From a virus (lineage: Duplodnaviria; Caudoviricetes), in IMG/VR virus record IMGVR_UViG_3300048686_000814, positions 1 through 54,084 of that record: a stretch of 54,084 nt of DNA; one strand, given 5' to 3'. The notes beneath the pieces were generated by a model. The model was not told where the DNA came from. It was given only the letters and a program-made list of their open reading frames with translations, and did not search any database. Shown here piece by piece: positions 30,260-40,208 of this stretch. The position numbers and the translations under genes were made by a program. Within the stretch, counting starts at the first letter, position 1. Every line of letters begins with the position of its first letter.

Positions 30260-31639
30260 TTATGCATCCCATGGTAAATCAGCACTAGTATCATCCTGTT
30301 TTAAGTTTTTCTTTCCTGCTTTTTTAATTGTTTCTTTTTCATGTGGTTTTTCTATACTTTGTGGACTTATTTTTAATGTATCCCAATCAATAGGACTAGT
30401 AAATTTCATTTCTTTACCGCCACGAATTTTAGTAGTTTCAAAACTAATTGCATTACTACTTTTATCATGAGCTTCCATTACTAGTGCAATATCTGCTGCA
30501 TCTAAAATGCCTTTTGCAAAACGAGCTTCACCAGTTGCATCAATTTGATACGGGCTTACTAATACAACCTCATACTTTCTAGCTAAATTTTTTAATTTTT
30601 TTGATACTTCAATTTGTGGCTTCCAATCATACATATCAGCGCCTTCAATAACAATTTGATTTAAGTAATCAACTACTACAACTTGTAATTTATCACCAAA
30701 TTTTGCCTTAGCTTTACCAATATGTAAATCTATGCTACTAATAGTAAGATCACGATCATCAACAATAATCATTTGATTATCAGGTTTTAATTGATGATTG
30801 CGTACTAATTGTTCTTCAAATTTAAATCTATCTCTATGACGAAGAAACTCTAGTACAGTTTGATCTGATTCCTCAAACATAGCGGCTCTAGATTTTACTA
30901 CTTTTAGTACTTCTTCATCGGTTAATTTATTTTGTTTTAATCTCTGTAAATTAACTCCAGCAAGTATTGATAAGTTACGCTCCATAACCTCATAGGCTGT
31001 CATTTCTATGGAGAAATAAATTGAGCTATTCCCATTCTCATACTGATTAATAAAAATATTACTGCTAGTAATACTTTTACCGCTACCTCGCTTTCCGCCG
31101 ATGAGTATGAGTTCTTGTCTAGCCACACCACCAAGAACAGCATCAAAAGTATTATTAAGTCCCAAATAAACACGTTCTTTCTCCAAGTCGTCTGGGTGGC
31201 GAAATAACATCATATCAGCCATAGTAAATACTTTTTCACTGGTATGCGTTTTTTCTTCTATAGTCATAGCTATAGTAGATAAATTTTCTTTTATTTCATT
31301 GCTATCATAAAGTGGCAGTTTATCTACAAATTTATCTAGTAATTTTACAGTTTCGTTTTGTGTATATTGATCTATTAATGCATCTAGTGCAATTTCTGCA
31401 CTAACGTCTGGCACTTCCGTTAAACGGAGAGTAGCTAACGTTTTAGACGCCGGCCCCTCCCTTATGGTTAATGCTAGATCATCAAAACTAGGTACCTGAT
31501 GGTACTTTTCATAATGTTTATTGATTGCACTGTAGAGAGAGCTATAGGCAGGGTCTAAAAATACTAGTTTGAGTCTGGCCCATAATTCTAGGTTTTGCTC
31601 TGCTAGTAGTTTATTTAAGACTACTGCACTTGTATCCAA
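30260..31639 (-). CDS. dnaB: DnaB-like replicative helicase
   Basis: GKRGSGKS, FSIEM, VVDYLN, ARFAKGILDAAD. Confidence 0.9.
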   Translation of the reverse strand: MDTSAVVLNKLLAEQNLELWARLKLVFLDPAYSSLYSAINKHYEKYHQVPSFDDLALTIREGPASKTLATLRLTEVPDVSAEIALDALIDQYTQNETVKLLDKFVDKLPLYDSNEIKENLSTIAMTIEEKTHTSEKVFTMADMMLFRHPDDLEKERVYLGLNNTFDAVLGGVARQELILIGGKRGSGKSITSSNIFINQYENGNSSIYFSIEMTAYEVMERNLSILAGVNLQRLKQNKLTDEEVLKVVKSRAAMFEESDQTVLEFLRHRDRFKFEEQLVRNHQLKPDNQMIIVDDRDLTISSIDLHIGKAKAKFGDKLQVVVVDYLNQIVIEGADMYDWKPQIEVSKKLKNLARKYEVVLVSPYQIDATGEARFAKGILDAADIALVMEAHDKSSNAISFETTKIRGGKEMKFTSPIDWDTLKISPQSIEKPHEKETIKKAGKKNLKQDDTSADLPWDA

Positions 31640-31641
31640 AG

Positions 31642-31941
31642 TTAACCTACTTTCGATTCGTTGTCTATAATTACTTGATCTATAATTTCCGTTACTTTAT
31701 AAAGTACTTCTTCTCTTATTTTTTTAATATCTTGTTGATAGCTTGCATCTCGCTCAAATAACAAACTAAGTTGTTCATGAGTAATTAATTGCTGTAAGCC
31801 AAAATAAATATGATCATAAGCTAATGTTGATTCAGGCATTATTTCGACTTGGGCTGTGCGACCATAATTATGTGTAGCTTGCTTTACTATTTCTTCAACA
31901 GTAAAACTTTCATTATCATGGTATGTTATTGTAACCTTCAT
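31642..31941 (-). CDS. Hypothetical protein
   Basis: 99-aa ORF in operon context. Confidence 0.65.
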   Translation of the reverse strand: MKVTITYHDNESFTVEEIVKQATHNYGRTAQVEIMPESTLAYDHIYFGLQQLITHEQLSLLFERDASYQQDIKKIREEVLYKVTEIIDQVIIDNESKVG

Positions 31942-31960
31942 CTATATGCTCTAAAAGTAG

Positions 31961-31992
31961 AAAAGGCCGGGAGGTTTTAATTCTCCCAGCCT
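31961..31992 (-). terminator. Rho-independent terminator
   Basis: Minus strand aggctgggag-aattaaaac-ctcccggcct followed by tttctactttt, after D5. Confidence 0.7.
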
Positions 31993-32013
31993 GCGGGCTT
32001 TGTTATTTTTTAA

Positions 32014-32766
32014 TTAAGCTGCTTGACGTGCTTCTGCTTTTGCACGTTTTGCTGCTCCATCATAATCAGCAACTTTGATTCCACGACGTGTAAGTAAGGT
32101 TTTAAGGCCTCGCTCAGTTTTATCAACTGCAGCTGCAATTTGTGCAACTGTCATTTTGTGAATATCTGCACCTAATGCTGTAACTGGATCAACATTTTCT
32201 TTGGCATAGCTATTCTTTTGTGCAGGAATCTTAGCAATCTGTCCCTTACGAGTAAGACTAAGTGCTTTACCACGAACACTTGCTACAGTTTTATTTAAAG
32301 CTGCAGCAATATCTTCAATAAATGCGCCTTTTTCGGCCATTGTAATAAATTTAGCTTCTTCAGCATCAGTATAAGTACGTGCTACTTCTACTTTGTCTGC
32401 TGGCTTAACACTAGCAGTAAGCTCAAGGGCTAATAGTTTGCCTTGAATTTGTTTAGCAGTAAACTTGCCATCCATAAATTCTTCAGCAATTTGTTTGTAA
32501 GTATATTCGCCAGGATTATTTACAACGAATTCTGCAAGTTCAGCGCCTTCATCTTCTGTAAAAGCACTGGTTTTTTCTTTTGCCATGCTAGCTACTTCTA
32601 CTTCTAGTTGACGTAGTTTGCTAGCTACACTCCTAGGGGTAAAATCGTCGCCTAAAGATTCAGCAGCATGTACAACTGTTTCAGCACTAACTGGACGCTG
32701 CTTACCGATAAGTTTCATTAGATGGTCTACTGTTTCTTCTGACCATTTTTTAGTTTTTTCAGTCAT
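32014..32766 (-). CDS. D5: T5 D5-like DNA-binding protein
   Basis: RSVASKLR, KQIQGKLLALEL, SVRGKALSL, RGLKTLLTRRG..DYDG; synteny. Confidence 0.85.
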   Translation of the reverse strand: MTEKTKKWSEETVDHLMKLIGKQRPVSAETVVHAAESLGDDFTPRSVASKLRQLEVEVASMAKEKTSAFTEDEGAELAEFVVNNPGEYTYKQIAEEFMDGKFTAKQIQGKLLALELTASVKPADKVEVARTYTDAEEAKFITMAEKGAFIEDIAAALNKTVASVRGKALSLTRKGQIAKIPAQKNSYAKENVDPVTALGADIHKMTVAQIAAAVDKTERGLKTLLTRRGIKVADYDGAAKRAKAEARQAA

Positions 32767-33520
32767 TAATATGTTCTCTTAAAAAAGTTTCTAAATTTGT
32801 AATAATTTTAATGCCTAGTTGATCGGCTTTTTTACGCTTACTACTATTGTTATCTTCTTCATCTACTAAATAGCTAACAGACTTACTTACTGTCTCACTG
32901 ATATTAAATCCGTGTTCTGTTAATATTTTATAGGCTTCAGCTTTTGTTTTAAAAGAAGATAGTTTACCAGTAATACAAATAATTTCTTTATTAGTATTAT
33001 CAGCTACTGGAGTTTCATTACGAAATGAAAACGGCAAGAATCTTTTCATTTCTGTAAATTCTGTTTCTAACCAATTTATTAGATTATATGTTACTTTGTC
33101 CCCTAAACCGGCTTTCTTGCAAGAATCTAAATTAATATCATCTATTGTAGAAATAACTCTGCATAATTTATTGCTAGCTGTAGAACCCATTAATGGAATA
33201 CTAAAACTTGCTAAAACTATATTAAGAGGTGCTAATTTACTTTTATCTATTTCATCTAGTAGTTTTTCAGCGACTTTTTCACTATTTAATTGAATAGCTA
33301 CTTCCTGTTTGTCAAGATAAAATATTTCTGTTATATCACCTAATTCTAGTTTTTCTATAGTCTTAGCACCCATACCTTTGATTCCAAGAGTTTTGCAAAA
33401 ATGTTCTACTCTTTTAGCAGTTTGTGCTTCACATGCTTTATTACGACAAAACAGTTGGTCTTTTACTAATTCTAGTTTAGAATTACAACACGGACATTCC
33501 GTTGGAATTTTAATTTTCAT
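32759..33520 (-). CDS. ligB: NAD-dependent DNA ligase subunit B (Zn finger, HhH, BRCT)
   Basis: PTECPCC..LFCRN..C, IKGMG, ICITGKL..SSKRKKA. Confidence 0.9.
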   Translation of the reverse strand: MKIKIPTECPCCNSKLELVKDQLFCRNKACEAQTAKRVEHFCKTLGIKGMGAKTIEKLELGDITEIFYLDKQEVAIQLNSEKVAEKLLDEIDKSKLAPLNIVLASFSIPLMGSTASNKLCRVISTIDDINLDSCKKAGLGDKVTYNLINWLETEFTEMKRFLPFSFRNETPVADNTNKEIICITGKLSSFKTKAEAYKILTEHGFNISETVSKSVSYLVDEEDNNSSKRKKADQLGIKIITNLETFLREHIND

Positions 33521-33544
33521 ATAGATTAATTAACTTAAGATATT

Positions 33545-33573
33545 ATTATACACTAATAACTAGTAATTGACAA
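33545..33573 (-). promoter_or_regulatory. Sigma70-type promoter between the ligase halves
   Basis: TTGTCA-N17-TATAAT with an A/T tract upstream. Confidence 0.75.
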
Positions 33574-33604
33574 GCTAAAATTTTTACTGCCTTTGATAAA
33601 AATT

Positions 33605-34561
33605 TTAAATATTTATTTTGTGAAGTATGCAGGGTATAATTGAACCAGCTCTGGCTACGGCTACAGTATCTCCAATTTGGAGATCAAGGGCTTCTATAAA
33701 TCCAGGATTGTTTAGTGTAGCTCTACTTACCAAAGCATCACCAATTTTTACTGGTTCTAGTATAGCAGTAGGTGTTACTTTACCTGTTTTTCCAACATTC
33801 CACTCTACGTCTAATAGTATGGTTTCTACAAAATCCGCGCGTTCTTTTTTAGCATATGCTCCGCGAGGATGTTTACTGGTATAACCCAGCTGTTCAAATT
33901 GATAGTTGTTTTCTAGCCTTACTACTATTCCATCACTTGGATAAATATTACCAAGTTCAGGTTCTAATACAGTGTTAAACCCTAATTGTTTTAGCATACG
34001 CATATCACCAGACCAAGTCTGATTTAAATTAGGTGTTACTTGATATGCAAAGAACTCTATTGCCCTAGTTTTAAACTCGTTTAAATCTTTAAGATTTAGT
34101 GATCCAGCTGCATAATTACGACTATTTTCCACATGCAGTGGAGCTACAATTTCGCCAGTAATTTGCACAGTTACATTGCCAATATTAATGGCAAGTGGTA
34201 CTAGACCACCATGTTCGTACATCTTATCTGTAATAACCTGACCCTCAACACCATCACCACGAGTAAGTGCTTGCACTAGTATGCCGTCTACATATAATAA
34301 ACTAATAGCTGCGCCGTCTAATTTAATACTTGTAATAACGTCTAGGCCTGCTAGTGGATCACTTTTACCCTCATCCTCATAGTATTTTTGCAAACTATAC
34401 ATGGGATATAAGTGCTTGCCTTTTTTGCCGTGCACGGGTGCACCAAGTTTATTGTAGCCACAGCTATCTGCTAGTTGATCAAAAACGTAATCAGGAATAG
34501 TGGGCTTACCGGCATAGTAGGCTTCACTGGCTTTATCTAATAGTTTATGTAATTTATTCAT
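33605..34561 (-). CDS. ligA: NAD-dependent DNA ligase subunit A (adenylation + OB)
   Basis: AYY..PTIPDYVFD, KLDG, LTRGDG, SRNYAAG, DGIVVR, SRATL.N, AGSIIP. Confidence 0.93.
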   Translation of the reverse strand: MNKLHKLLDKASEAYYAGKPTIPDYVFDQLADSCGYNKLGAPVHGKKGKHLYPMYSLQKYYEDEGKSDPLAGLDVITSIKLDGAAISLLYVDGILVQALTRGDGVEGQVITDKMYEHGGLVPLAINIGNVTVQITGEIVAPLHVENSRNYAAGSLNLKDLNEFKTRAIEFFAYQVTPNLNQTWSGDMRMLKQLGFNTVLEPELGNIYPSDGIVVRLENNYQFEQLGYTSKHPRGAYAKKERADFVETILLDVEWNVGKTGKVTPTAILEPVKIGDALVSRATLNNPGFIEALDLQIGDTVAVARAGSIIPCILHKINI

Positions 34562-34568
34562 AAATAAT

Positions 34569-34597
34569 ATTATAGCAGTTTAGGGTCTGTTTGTCAA
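34569..34597 (-). promoter_or_regulatory. Consensus sigma70 promoter (near-leaderless ligA)
   Basis: TTGACA-N17-TATAAT with extended TG; 7 nt between the -10 hexamer and the ATG. Confidence 0.85.
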
Positions 34598-34598
34598 G

Positions 34599-34880
34599 TT
34601 ACTTTTTAACTATCTCATCGTAGAAATGTTTAATTACTTCTTCGCCTTCAGCTTTAGCACAAATATCTAAGAGTCCGTATAGCAGACTATGTATGTTTTC
34701 TATACTAGCAGGAATACTAATACCCTCTCTAGACGCTTGCCAATCACCTTCATAGGTAAGAAAATATTTGCGAAGTTGTATATAAGTAATTTCTCTGAAG
34801 TCATTCACCACTAGTTTAACCTGAAAACCTTTTTCTAGATTTTCTTCTATTAAGCGTTCGTATAATATATTACTGTCCAC
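34599..34880 (-). CDS. PC4/p15-like ssDNA-binding transcription coactivator
   Basis: VVNDFREITYIQLRKYF..W...REGISI. Confidence 0.75.
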   Translation of the reverse strand: MDSNILYERLIEENLEKGFQVKLVVNDFREITYIQLRKYFLTYEGDWQASREGISIPASIENIHSLLYGLLDICAKAEGEEVIKHFYDEIVKK

Positions 34881-34886
34881 GGTTTT

Positions 34887-36179
34887 TCAATCAAAAAAGA
34901 ACATTTGCCATAGTCGTCCATTCTCTTTAATTGTTCCAAAATATTGACTAGCAGAATGTATTGAACTCGCGTCAAATATTACTAATCTATTAAAAACATT
35001 GCCTAAAACGTCTACTGGTTCAAAATATGTTCCATCTAAATGACAATCTCCTGGTATTCCAGTCCATGCAGAATCCCATCCTTTATCGTGATATGATCTA
35101 GCTCTAGTAACTTTATGGGCTAATAGTGATGTTCCACAAGAATATGGTGCATTTGGAGTTAAGTAGATCATTCCAGCCCATTTTTGACTGTCACAGTGAT
35201 ACACTAAAGGTTCTCCTGACCAGGCTACTTGAAATTTTCCGTTTTCACTGTGACTTTCCCATTCTAATATAGATCTTCCCATTATTTGCTCAAAACGAGA
35301 TTTAAGTTCAGAGAATAAAAATTGTTTTTCAGTACGTCTGCCTATAAACCCTCTTCCTATGCCCCCTTCTATGTATGTTTGAGATAAGGCAAATTGTCTA
35401 ATTTTATATGGGTCTTCGTAGAAGTTATCAACAATCCATGCTTTTGGCTTCACTAAAAGGTTAAGACTATCTGTAAATTCGAAGCTAATATTACAGTAAT
35501 TTAGATTTTCGTGAACAAAATTATTATTCCATATTCTATCATTTATAGAATCTATAATCGCATATTTATTAGATATATATGCGTGTACATTTTTTGCATT
35601 AATTAAGTATAGGTCTCTAAATTTAATAAAGTTATTTTTAGATTTTTGATCTGGCAAATGAAATTCACCAACAATCTTCTTAACATTTTTATGAATCCAA
35701 GGATAGTTTTCCTCAGTAAATATATCCCACTCGGCCCCTTCTGAATCTGATTTTAAGAAATCTATGTGAGTTATATTACGGCTATCTATATAATCTTTAA
35801 ATGTTATAGAGCTAACCTCTATTTCTGACAATGTTTCTTGAGTGTCTATAAAAGACCTTATATTTATACTTTCTTCAGTTTGACTATGAATTGCCAAACA
35901 ATTAAAAATAATATTACTATAGTCTTTAAGATTATTTTTTAATGTATCAAATACTTGTCTATGAGGTTCAAAGCAATGAACTTCTTTAGGATTTTTATTT
36001 AAAATACTAGCCGTAAATGGCCCTATACTAGCACCAATATCAAATACAATATCTCCTGGGTTTACATCACAAAACTTAGTATATACTCCGTGTTTAATCT
36101 CTGATTCTATAAACTCTTTTTCAGTAGGTGATTTATTAAATATACCCCAATCAAGTTTATCAAATATATCAATATTCAT
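34887..36179 (-). CDS. FkbM-family methyltransferase fused to a 2OG-Fe(II) oxygenase (DUF6445-like)
   Basis: N-terminal FDIGASIG..FEP..IDFLKSDSEGAE; C-terminal IVDNFY.DP..HCD..IYLTP..FNRLVIFD..HSA..R.WQMFFFD. Confidence 0.82.
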   Translation of the reverse strand: MNIDIFDKLDWGIFNKSPTEKEFIESEIKHGVYTKFCDVNPGDIVFDIGASIGPFTASILNKNPKEVHCFEPHRQVFDTLKNNLKDYSNIIFNCLAIHSQTEESINIRSFIDTQETLSEIEVSSITFKDYIDSRNITHIDFLKSDSEGAEWDIFTEENYPWIHKNVKKIVGEFHLPDQKSKNNFIKFRDLYLINAKNVHAYISNKYAIIDSINDRIWNNNFVHENLNYCNISFEFTDSLNLLVKPKAWIVDNFYEDPYKIRQFALSQTYIEGGIGRGFIGRRTEKQFLFSELKSRFEQIMGRSILEWESHSENGKFQVAWSGEPLVYHCDSQKWAGMIYLTPNAPYSCGTSLLAHKVTRARSYHDKGWDSAWTGIPGDCHLDGTYFEPVDVLGNVFNRLVIFDASSIHSASQYFGTIKENGRLWQMFFFD

Positions 36180-36187
36180 ACAATTGT

Positions 36188-37426
36188 CTACGCATAAAAA
36201 TATTCTTCAGGATATTTATATAGTTGATTATCAATCATTTTATCAACTAATAAAGAATCTGTTAAGCTTGGATGTACCCACCAATCCTCATATGAGCACC
36301 GTTTTTTCCTATCCGCACATATATCACTTACAACCAGTCTGTACCCTAAATCTTGTAAATATTTTCTAGACAAATTCCTACAGCTTTTAGTAATATCTGA
36401 ATAATAATCATGTTCATATGTTATTACTCTAAACTTATATTCGTTAAAAGGTATTTTTTTAAGAATATCATAAGTAACTATGGCAGGCTCAGCATCTATC
36501 TGTAAATAATCTACTAAACCTTCTATAGCGATTTGGTTTAATAAACTATTATAATTAGCTATTGTAGCGTCTTGCTCTATTGCTTTATTAGATCGTTGCT
36601 GATTATATTTATCAACTAATTCCTTTTTTAATTCTAAACCTATACCTGTCCAACCAAATGTTTTTTCCAATAAATAAGTATTATTTCCTATAATTGGATC
36701 AGCACTACCGATTTCTAAGTAAGTTCCGTTATATTTTCCATTTAAAACAGATAGTACAAATAGTTCTTGCATAGATTGACTATAAGTTTGATCTATGTTT
36801 ATTGCACCTGTAAATTTGTATTTTAATGATCCAAATTTATTTTTAGTATAAATACAGTGAGGTTCTGAACTACCTAATCTTGTAATATTTTGTTGCAAAC
36901 TTATTTTATGGGCCTCATCCATATGTTCAAATAGTTCGTTTTTGAGAAAATGAAGTAAATCTCTACTTTCCTCTCCTCGTCCTATGTGCCAGGAACTGAT
37001 TGCTTTTTGAAAAAGTGGACCGTATAAATACGGATAATTTAATTTATTTTGGTATATATCATTAGTACTCTTTTTTAGAGTAGCTAATTCTGCAAAAAAA
37101 TATGCATCAATCCATTCTGAGAAATTTTCATATAATCTGCTTAAATAGTAGTAAGCTTCTGGCCTATCTGGTAAAAGTTTTATTGCGTGTTTATATAACG
37201 TCATTACACTATGTTTTCTATTTTTAGGTATCTCAAAACATTTTGCACACCTAATTAAACAGTAATATTGTAAGTCTTTATTATCACTAAGCTCTGCTGT
37301 TTTTAAATAAAAAGTCAAAGCTATTGCATATTGTTGTTCTTTATAATATTCTTCGGCTAACGCAAATCTATTATCTACTGTTGGATTATAAACAAAACTA
37401 TATATTAGATCTCTTATTCTAGACAT
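36188..37426 (-). CDS. TPR protein fused to an FkbM-like methyltransferase
   Basis: Helical repeats (PDRPEAYY); YSQ..Q, YLEIGSADP..GNNT, DYLQID.E, ITYEHD, EDWWVHP. Confidence 0.78.
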   Translation of the reverse strand: MSRIRDLIYSFVYNPTVDNRFALAEEYYKEQQYAIALTFYLKTAELSDNKDLQYYCLIRCAKCFEIPKNRKHSVMTLYKHAIKLLPDRPEAYYYLSRLYENFSEWIDAYFFAELATLKKSTNDIYQNKLNYPYLYGPLFQKAISSWHIGRGEESRDLLHFLKNELFEHMDEAHKISLQQNITRLGSSEPHCIYTKNKFGSLKYKFTGAINIDQTYSQSMQELFVLSVLNGKYNGTYLEIGSADPIIGNNTYLLEKTFGWTGIGLELKKELVDKYNQQRSNKAIEQDATIANYNSLLNQIAIEGLVDYLQIDAEPAIVTYDILKKIPFNEYKFRVITYEHDYYSDITKSCRNLSRKYLQDLGYRLVVSDICADRKKRCSYEDWWVHPSLTDSLLVDKMIDNQLYKYPEEYFYA

Positions 37427-38394
37427 ATTTTTTCCATAGTATCTACTGGTATTGATAGAATATAGGAAGAATTATCTTGTAGGCCAAAACTTAATAAAAA
37501 TGCGTCTTTATACCTAGTCATTCCGGCACAAAATTCTATTTTGTAATCAAAAAATGCAAATTCAGGGGTATGTTTTATTACATTCCAATTATTATCCCAT
37601 ATAATAAAACAATGTCTATATACCGCATTTTTTCTGCCTTGTTCTGATTTATATAAATTTACCGTATGAACACACGCAAACCTATATTTATCATTAAGTC
37701 GTATTACTTGAGAACCACCACGGAAATCTCTAGGATACCAAAAGCTATCTCCTAAAATAAGTTGAGTAGTTTTATTAGATTCCGTATTAGCTAATACTAT
37801 TTCAGTTGGATTACACCATTTTACATATTGAAACTCTGTGTCAACTATTGGCATCCAATTTTTTTCACAGTAGCTGTTATTATCAATAGGAGGTTCTAAC
37901 CTATGTCTAGCTATTTCTTTTACTATATTAGACTGTATTTTTAATTCTGATAATTCTATTCTTCCTTGCCCATTAGTCGTGGTATCGCGCCTAACTCCGC
38001 TAATGTATATTTTATTATTCCATTTAACAATTCTGCAGTCTTCAAGACCCACAAAATTCCAAATCGGAGTAACGTCTAAAAGAGAAGTATCAACTTTAGT
38101 AATATAATTATAATTAAATGTTTTTGTATTTAGCTCACCAAAATAATTAGTAGTAGTTAAAGTACAATCGTTTTCTGGATGACAATAGTGTAATGGCCCC
38201 CAAAAACTTTCAAAATAATCGTGTTCTGAATGATATAATGTTACCTGGCAATGGCGTATATTTATATATAGTTTATCTACTTCTTGGTCGTAATAAACGC
38301 TGGGATTAAATATCCCCGTACCATTTGTTACTTCAAATGGTAACATAATTGGATATATAGATCCTCCAGCATCTAAAATTTTTTTGATAAACAT
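37414..38394 (-). CDS. Five-bladed beta-propeller glycosidase/phosphorylase-like protein
   Basis: FNPS, GLEDCR, EKNWMP, RGGSQ, YRH, IEFCAG, FG.QD motifs (GH130/GH43-like). Confidence 0.7.
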   Translation of the reverse strand: MFIKKILDAGGSIYPIMLPFEVTNGTGIFNPSVYYDQEVDKLYINIRHCQVTLYHSEHDYFESFWGPLHYCHPENDCTLTTTNYFGELNTKTFNYNYITKVDTSLLDVTPIWNFVGLEDCRIVKWNNKIYISGVRRDTTTNGQGRIELSELKIQSNIVKEIARHRLEPPIDNNSYCEKNWMPIVDTEFQYVKWCNPTEIVLANTESNKTTQLILGDSFWYPRDFRGGSQVIRLNDKYRFACVHTVNLYKSEQGRKNAVYRHCFIIWDNNWNVIKHTPEFAFFDYKIEFCAGMTRYKDAFLLSFGLQDNSSYILSIPVDTMEKICLE

Positions 38395-38399
38395 TATGA

Positions 38400-38576
38400 T
38401 TAATGCCTACCACAAATACTAACAATGTCACTAGCAGTATAATTCTTTTGCATACCAGTGTTAATACAATCGCGCTTATGATTTGATGCCACAGTTATTG
38501 GCATTACAAATACAAATAATATAAACACAAATCCTAATGTTCCATAAACCATTGCTTCTTTTAATGCTTCACTCAC
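38400..38576 (-). CDS. Small membrane protein (58 aa), absent from the ORF track
   Basis: MSEALKEAMVYGTLGFVFILFVFVMPITVASNHKRDCINTGMQKNYTASDIVSICGRH; GTGA coupling to the upstream gene. Confidence 0.6.
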   Translation of the reverse strand: MSEALKEAMVYGTLGFVFILFVFVMPITVASNHKRDCINTGMQKNYTASDIVSICGRH

Positions 38577-39196
38577 ACCTGAACTCCTAGTTCTCTTAAA
38601 TGCTCTAAACTGGCTAACTCATAGTTAGGCTGCCAGCAATATTGTCGTTGCTTATCATCCATTAGCCATAAGTGATAAATATATCCATGTTTAGGGTCTA
38701 GTTTCTCGCTATATATTTTAGCTAATGATACGTACCTTGTGCTCCAAACTACTTCACCAATTTCAAATTTATCACGAACCGCACCATCTGGTACAAGTTG
38801 CGGATTAAAGTAAGTTTGTCCTGGTATTCGTATTGGAACACTATACTCATCTAATACTTGTTTAACGATTGTGACGCCACGATACGTGCTTTTAGTAATA
38901 CTATCAATAGTACCACCACTAAGATACTCTTGTATAATAAATATTTTTTCGTCTTTAGTAACTGGTTTACCACGTAGCTTAGCCCGCTGCTCTGCTGTTC
39001 TGCGTTGACGTTCTTTAAACTGCTCTAGGATTGTGCCAAGACGGGTAGTATTATAAGCCATACCAAGCATTTGGCACGCTTCTTTTTTAGTTATTGGTTT
39101 TTTACCTTCTTCGGGTTCTAGCAATTTAATAACACGACTAAGATTGCTATCCGTCATACGTTCTTCTTCAAGCTCAGTCTTGCGTTTTCTTGCCAT
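38573..39196 (-). CDS. T5-like conserved protein (possibly D2-like)
   Basis: TKKEACQMLG, YLSG, YELASLEHL..LGV; adjacent to D3. Confidence 0.65.
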   Translation of the reverse strand: MARKRKTELEEERMTDSNLSRVIKLLEPEEGKKPITKKEACQMLGMAYNTTRLGTILEQFKERQRRTAEQRAKLRGKPVTKDEKIFIIQEYLSGGTIDSITKSTYRGVTIVKQVLDEYSVPIRIPGQTYFNPQLVPDGAVRDKFEIGEVVWSTRYVSLAKIYSEKLDPKHGYIYHLWLMDDKQRQYCWQPNYELASLEHLRELGVQV

Positions 39197-39212
39197 GCGA
39201 TTCTCCAGAAGT

Positions 39213-39233
39213 AAAAGGCGGCACTAGGCCGCC
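39213..39233 (-). terminator. Rho-independent terminator
   Basis: ggcggc-ctagt-gccgcc-tttt. Confidence 0.7.
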
Positions 39234-39237
39234 ACAA

Positions 39238-39612
39238 TTATGCTGCTTTTAAGACACTAGCAAAGTAAACTGCAGCTTTGCCGGTAAGTTTGCCAAGGAT
39301 GTCGTCGTCAATAGGACCTCCCTTAGCTTCAATCGCTTGCCGTAAGGACGCAATTGAATCTTCTTTTGAGACGCGCTTAGTACCTTCGCCTGACGCAGTC
39401 TTAGTTGTCTTAGCTGAACCGGCACTGGGGTCTTTCTTAACATATACTCCAGCTTGAACGAGCACCATGCGTACGCCGTTTGGTGACATTTCAATTTCTT
39501 CGGCAATATCTTTGATGATTTCAGTTGAACTTTCAGGAGTTGGACCTGCCTGTTCATACATTTCAATAACTTTAGTTTTGAGTTCATCTGTCCACTGTGA
39601 TTGCGTTGCCAT
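39238..39612 (-). CDS. D3: T5 D3-like protein
   Basis: QWTDEL, PNGVRM.L..AGVYVKK, RVSK, DDDILGKLTGKAA. Confidence 0.8.
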   Translation of the reverse strand: MATQSQWTDELKTKVIEMYEQAGPTPESSTEIIKDIAEEIEMSPNGVRMVLVQAGVYVKKDPSAGSAKTTKTASGEGTKRVSKEDSIASLRQAIEAKGGPIDDDILGKLTGKAAVYFASVLKAA

Positions 39613-39622
39613 TTTTATTTCC

Positions 39623-39874
39623 TTAGTGTATATTTAAATTGTTTTTTGGATTAAGTGTTTTTAATAAATCTTGCTCTAATAATTTATTGTACATAGCTTC
39701 ATTACTAGCTACAAGCATATAAAGTAATGCACTAGGAACTAAACTGTCTGGTAGCTCATGTAAATGTTTTTGATTTTCAATACACAGTTGTTCTAGTTTT
39801 GCACGAAATTGTACGCTATATTTTATTGTTTCATGTAATTGAATACTATCCCATATTCTAAATTTTTCAGACAT
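39623..39874 (-). CDS. Hypothetical protein
   Basis: 83 aa, coupled to neighbour. Confidence 0.6.
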   Translation of the reverse strand: MSEKFRIWDSIQLHETIKYSVQFRAKLEQLCIENQKHLHELPDSLVPSALLYMLVASNEAMYNKLLEQDLLKTLNPKNNLNIH

Positions 39875-40139
39875 ACTCTACTTGAACATCACTCATACTT
39901 TCCGGCTTAAATCGCCTATAGTTATGCTTGAGATCAAATTCCTGTAATACTTGCATTGTTTCTTCGTGTTGACGACGACGCAATGCGCCCATAGTCTCTG
40001 TAAATTTAGCAAATTCGTTGTTATCAAGACTGCTAACATCCCATCCTTCTATAAACTTTGTAGGGGTAACAAGCTCAATAATTGCTCGTTTAGTAACCTC
40101 ACCATCCTGTTTAGTATAATTAAATTCAAGTAGTTTCAT
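39867..40139 (-). CDS. Hypothetical protein
   Basis: FNYTKQDG..R..YRRFKPE; directly downstream of a promoter. Confidence 0.65.
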   Translation of the reverse strand: MKLLEFNYTKQDGEVTKRAIIELVTPTKFIEGWDVSSLDNNEFAKFTETMGALRRRQHEETMQVLQEFDLKHNYRRFKPESMSDVQVEYV

Positions 40140-40169
40140 AGGCAGCCTTTCTATATCAACAGAAATAAT

Positions 40170-40198
40170 ATTATACAGTGTTTAATTAAAAATTTCAA
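40170..40198 (-). promoter_or_regulatory. Sigma70-type promoter
   Basis: TTGAAA-N17-TATAAT. Confidence 0.75.
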
Positions 40199-40208
40199 AT
40201 AAAAAATT

